Positions 28,518 to 32,000 of a stretch of 32,000 nucleotides of DNA are shown here, in pieces. The notes under the pieces are model-generated. The model ran no database searches and was not told where the DNA came from. It worked only from the letters and a program-made list of their open reading frames with translations. Source of the DNA: Vibrio alginolyticus NBRC 15630 = ATCC 17749. GTDB lineage: Bacteria > Pseudomonadota > Gammaproteobacteria > Enterobacterales > Vibrionaceae. The stretch covers positions 2,280,001 through 2,312,000 of the forward strand of contig NC_022349.1 of the NCBI RefSeq assembly GCF_000354175.2, in the 5' to 3' direction. The number at the start of each line of letters is the position of its first letter. Positions within the stretch are counted from its first letter, which is position 1. The translations under genes were made by a program, and so were the position numbers.

Positions 28518-28740
28518 ATACAACCCGAAGGAGTTTCGAGTTGATGTTCAAATCACCAAAGTTGTCTCTCATTATTTGAATGAGCGAGAGACATTTCGAT
28601 TTTGCCGGACTCAATTTCGAATAATCACTTAAAAGTGATATTCCCAAGAACACTTGAATGTGTTTTTTGGTGTTTGTCATAAAGACAAACATTGAGAACT
28701 TTACAAACAATCTTAAAGATTGTTTTGTCAGCTTTCCAAA

Positions 28741-28752
28741 TTGTTAAAGAGC
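28741..28752 (-). promoter_or_regulatory. Spacer boxA antitermination element
   Basis: The minus strand reads GCTCTTTAACAA, matching the rrn boxA consensus TGCTCTTTAACAA, between tRNA-Ala and 23S. Confidence 0.7.
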
Positions 28753-28807
28753 TAGATTTTCTGATGAAAACCATTTTTAAAGATTCTTTTTCAAGAACAC
28801 TTAAAGA

Positions 28808-28883
28808 TGGTGGAGCTATGCGGGATCGAACCGCAGACCTCCTGCGTGCAAGGCAGGCGCTCTCCCAGCTGAGCTATAGCCCC
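28808..28883 (-). tRNA. alaT: tRNA-Ala (anticodon TGC), 16S-23S spacer
   Basis: The reverse complement is GGGGCTATAGCTCAGCTGGGAGAGCGCCTGCCTTGCACGCAGGAGGTCTGCGGTTCGATCCCGCATAGCTCCACCA. Confidence 0.95.
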
Positions 28884-28925
28884 ATCAAGGTGTCGATACT
28901 GTCGCCAATTCCTTGGAAAAGAAAT

Positions 28926-29002
28926 TGGTGGGTCTGAGTGGACTCGAACCACCGACCTCTCGCTTATCAGGCGAACGCTCTAACCACCTGAGCTACAGAC
29001 CC
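28926..29002 (-). tRNA. ileT: tRNA-Ile (anticodon GAT), 16S-23S spacer
   Basis: The reverse complement is GGGTCTGTAGCTCAGGTGGTTAGAGCGTTCGCCTGATAAGCGAGAGGTCGGTGGTTCGAGTCCACTCAGACCCACCA. Confidence 0.95.
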
Positions 29003-29068
29003 AGTATCGTCTCTTTACTTTATAAACCGTATCAATCTGTGTGAACACTCATCGCAATAATCATCGTT

Positions 29069-30621
<1,553 letters not shown>

Positions 30622-30809
30622 AAGATTTTGTTCGGCTCAATGAATACTGAACATTCCTTTCGCTAATAAATAGCAGAAGTAATGTTTGAATTGACTGTGC
30701 TGAATCCGAAGATTCAATGGTCACTTCGTTTCATTGAAACCTAAATTGTTTCCGAAGAAACTATTTGGATTATCATCAACGAGTGCCCACACAGATTGAT
30801 AGGTCTATA

Positions 30810-30822
30810 TTGTTAAAGAGCT
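30810..30822 (-). promoter_or_regulatory. Leader boxA antitermination element
   Basis: The minus strand reads AGCTCTTTAACAA, matching 12 of 13 positions of TGCTCTTTAACAA, between P2 and the 16S 5' end. Confidence 0.7.
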
Positions 30823-30855
30823 TTCCTGTTGAGCTTTGCTCAAAACAGGACGGCC

Positions 30856-30883
30856 ATTTTAGCGAGTTAAAGTTTAGTGTCAA
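30856..30883 (-). promoter_or_regulatory. rrn promoter P2
   Basis: The minus strand reads TTGACA-16 nt-TAAAAT followed by the GC-rich discriminator GGCCGTCC, with an A-rich stretch (GAAAAAAGTGA) just upstream. Confidence 0.7.
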
Positions 30884-30920
30884 TCACTTTTTTCAAACTT
30901 TCTTCAAGCGTTTCCGCTTG

Positions 30921-30946
30921 GCTAACTTGGCTTGCTAACTTGGCTT
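30921..30946. repeat. 13-bp exact tandem duplication GCTAACTTGGCTT x2 between rrn P1 and P2
   Basis: 30921-30933 equals 30934-30946, read directly from the sequence. Confidence 0.9.
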
Positions 30947-30996
30947 CTTACTTTCGAAACTTAAGCTTCGAAGCGTTGCCGTGTCAGCGAGGTGGC

Positions 30997-31075
30997 ATTA
31001 TAGAGATTGCGATCACATTGGCAAGCCCTTTTTCTCGTTTTTTTTGATTTTTTTATCGTTTGGGTGTTTTTTATT
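30997..31075 (-). promoter_or_regulatory. rrn promoter P1 with an A/T-rich UP element
   Basis: The minus strand reads TTGCCA-16 nt-TATAAT with the GC-rich discriminator GCCACCTCGC (30997-31024). It is preceded by ATAAAAAAATCAAAAAAAACGAGAAAAAGGG (31025-31075), a typical UP-element A-tract. Confidence 0.7.
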
Positions 31076-31144
31076 CTAAAAGGCGAGTTTTCACTACTAT
31101 TCTACCTCCATACACCCTGTAATCGCCCTGAATAAGGAAAAAAG

Positions 31145-31693
31145 ATGAGCTCAATGAGAAGCTACAAAGGTATAAAGCCTGAACTTGGTGAGCGTGTTTA
31201 CGTTGACCCAACCTCTGTTTTAGTCGGTGATATCCGAATTGGCGATGATTCTAGCATTTGGCCATTGGTAGCAGCGCGAGGCGATGTAAACCACATTCAC
31301 ATTGGTGATCGAACGAATATTCAAGATGGCAGTGTTTTGCATGTCACCCATAAGAACGCCGAAAACCCAAACGGCTACCCATTGATTATTGGTAATGACG
31401 TTACGATTGGCCACAAAGTGATGCTGCACGGTTGTGAGATCCACGATCGTGTTTTGGTTGGTATGGGAGCTATTGTTTTAGATGCTGTTGTAATTGAGTC
31501 AGAGGTGATGATCGGAGCAGGCAGTTTAGTGCCACCTGGGAAAGTATTAGAAAGTGGCTACTTATATGTTGGAAGCCCAGTAAAACAAGCTCGCCCTCTA
31601 TCAGAAAAAGAACGAGCTTTCTTGCAAAAGTCTGCCAACAACTATGTGCAGAACAAAAACGACTACTTAAATGAAGTAAAAGACTTGAACTAA
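31145..31693 (+). CDS. yrdA: Gamma-class carbonic anhydrase-like / left-handed beta-helix hexapeptide protein (YrdA family)
   Basis: 182 aa with hexapeptide repeats and the gamma-CA-type His pattern (IGDDSSIWPLVAARGDVNHIHIGDRTNIQDGSVLHVTH...TIGHKVMLHGC). Divergent from the rrn operon, as yrdA is in E. coli. Confidence 0.8.
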   Translation: MSSMRSYKGIKPELGERVYVDPTSVLVGDIRIGDDSSIWPLVAARGDVNHIHIGDRTNIQDGSVLHVTHKNAENPNGYPLIIGNDVTIGHKVMLHGCEIHDRVLVGMGAIVLDAVVIESEVMIGAGSLVPPGKVLESGYLYVGSPVKQARPLSEKERAFLQKSANNYVQNKNDYLNEVKDLN

Positions 31694-31700
31694 AACCCTG

Positions 31701-31964
31701 TTAACCGATGATGATATGGCCTTCTTCGTTGAAGGCTTCATCTTCTATTAGCTCTTCAGCCATTTCTTCTAGGTCGAATCTGTAATCAGTAAACACTTTA
31801 ATTGCCGCTTGCTCAGTTTCAATCAGTGAACCACTGAGCTTTTCTAACTTTTGTTTCGTCACAAAGCACTCTATTAGTGCGCCTGATTGTTGCGCCGAAA
31901 AGTTTACCGATTGTGATACTTCATCCCATGATTGAATATCTGGGAATAAGATGGATTGATTCAT
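31701..31964 (-). CDS. yrdB: DUF1488-family small protein (YrdB-like)
   Basis: 87 aa. MNQSILFPDIQSWDE...F.A...G..I.C......L...F...RFDLEEMAEELIEDEAFNEEG resembles E. coli YrdB as I recall it (MNQAIQFPDREEWDE...HRWDLEEEAENLIQE). Its position next to yrdA is conserved. Confidence 0.65.
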   Translation of the reverse strand: MNQSILFPDIQSWDEVSQSVNFSAQQSGALIECFVTKQKLEKLSGSLIETEQAAIKVFTDYRFDLEEMAEELIEDEAFNEEGHIIIG

Positions 31965-31967
31965 CGC

Positions 31968-32000
31968 TTATTGACCTTCAAGATTCTTTCTTAGTTCTCT
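31968..32000 (-). CDS. 3' end (last 10 codons plus stop) of an upstream minus-strand gene, possibly aroE by synteny
   Basis: The minus-strand frame reads ...RELRKNLEGQ then TAA (complement of 31968-31970), 3 nt before the yrdB-like ATG. The fragment is too short to identify; aroE is only a synteny guess from E. coli aroE-yrdB. Confidence 0.3.
   Translation of the reverse strand, partial: RELRKNLEGQ

Overview
This is a gamma-proteobacterial core-chromosome window, most likely Vibrionaceae. I infer that from gene content, synteny and rRNA operon layout, because no database search was possible. Left to right: the 5' part of recQ (-); then rarD, an AraC-family regulator, a LysE/RhtB-type exporter and gamma-glutamyltransferase (+). 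Next is a 920-bp gap with no credible ORF. It holds a CsrB/RsmB-type GGA-repeat sRNA (+) and a 162-bp MITE-like long hairpin lying between the uvrD stop codon and its terminator. Then uvrD (-). After that comes a compact four-gene operon on the + strand: DUF2282 secreted Cys peptide, DUF692 (MNIO), DUF2063 and DoxX. I read it as a bufferin-type cysteine-modified RiPP metallophore system, and it is the most interesting content of the window. Further right: a 93-aa H-NS-N-terminal-domain-only (TsrA-like) protein; a Bcr/CflA MFS pump with a divergent LysR regulator; a long-form M24 aminopeptidase P; thiCEFSGH (-) with its TPP riboswitch and an unusually long ThiE; crcB and a Tat-exported multicopper oxidase (-). 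A complete rrn operon follows on the minus strand (P1/P2, boxA, 16S, tRNA-Ile, tRNA-Ala, 23S, 5S, tRNA-Asp, tRNA-Trp, terminator), then yrdA-like and yrdB-like genes. I saw no CRISPR array, integrase, transposase, toxin-antitoxin pair or recognisable phage-defence gene. Other oddities are a perfect palindrome GTTTCACGTGAAAC present three times (once centred on the DUF692 start codon), a 7-bp tandem repeat beginning at the aminopeptidase stop codon, and several candidate operators. RNA ends, promoters and operators were placed by eye and are approximate.
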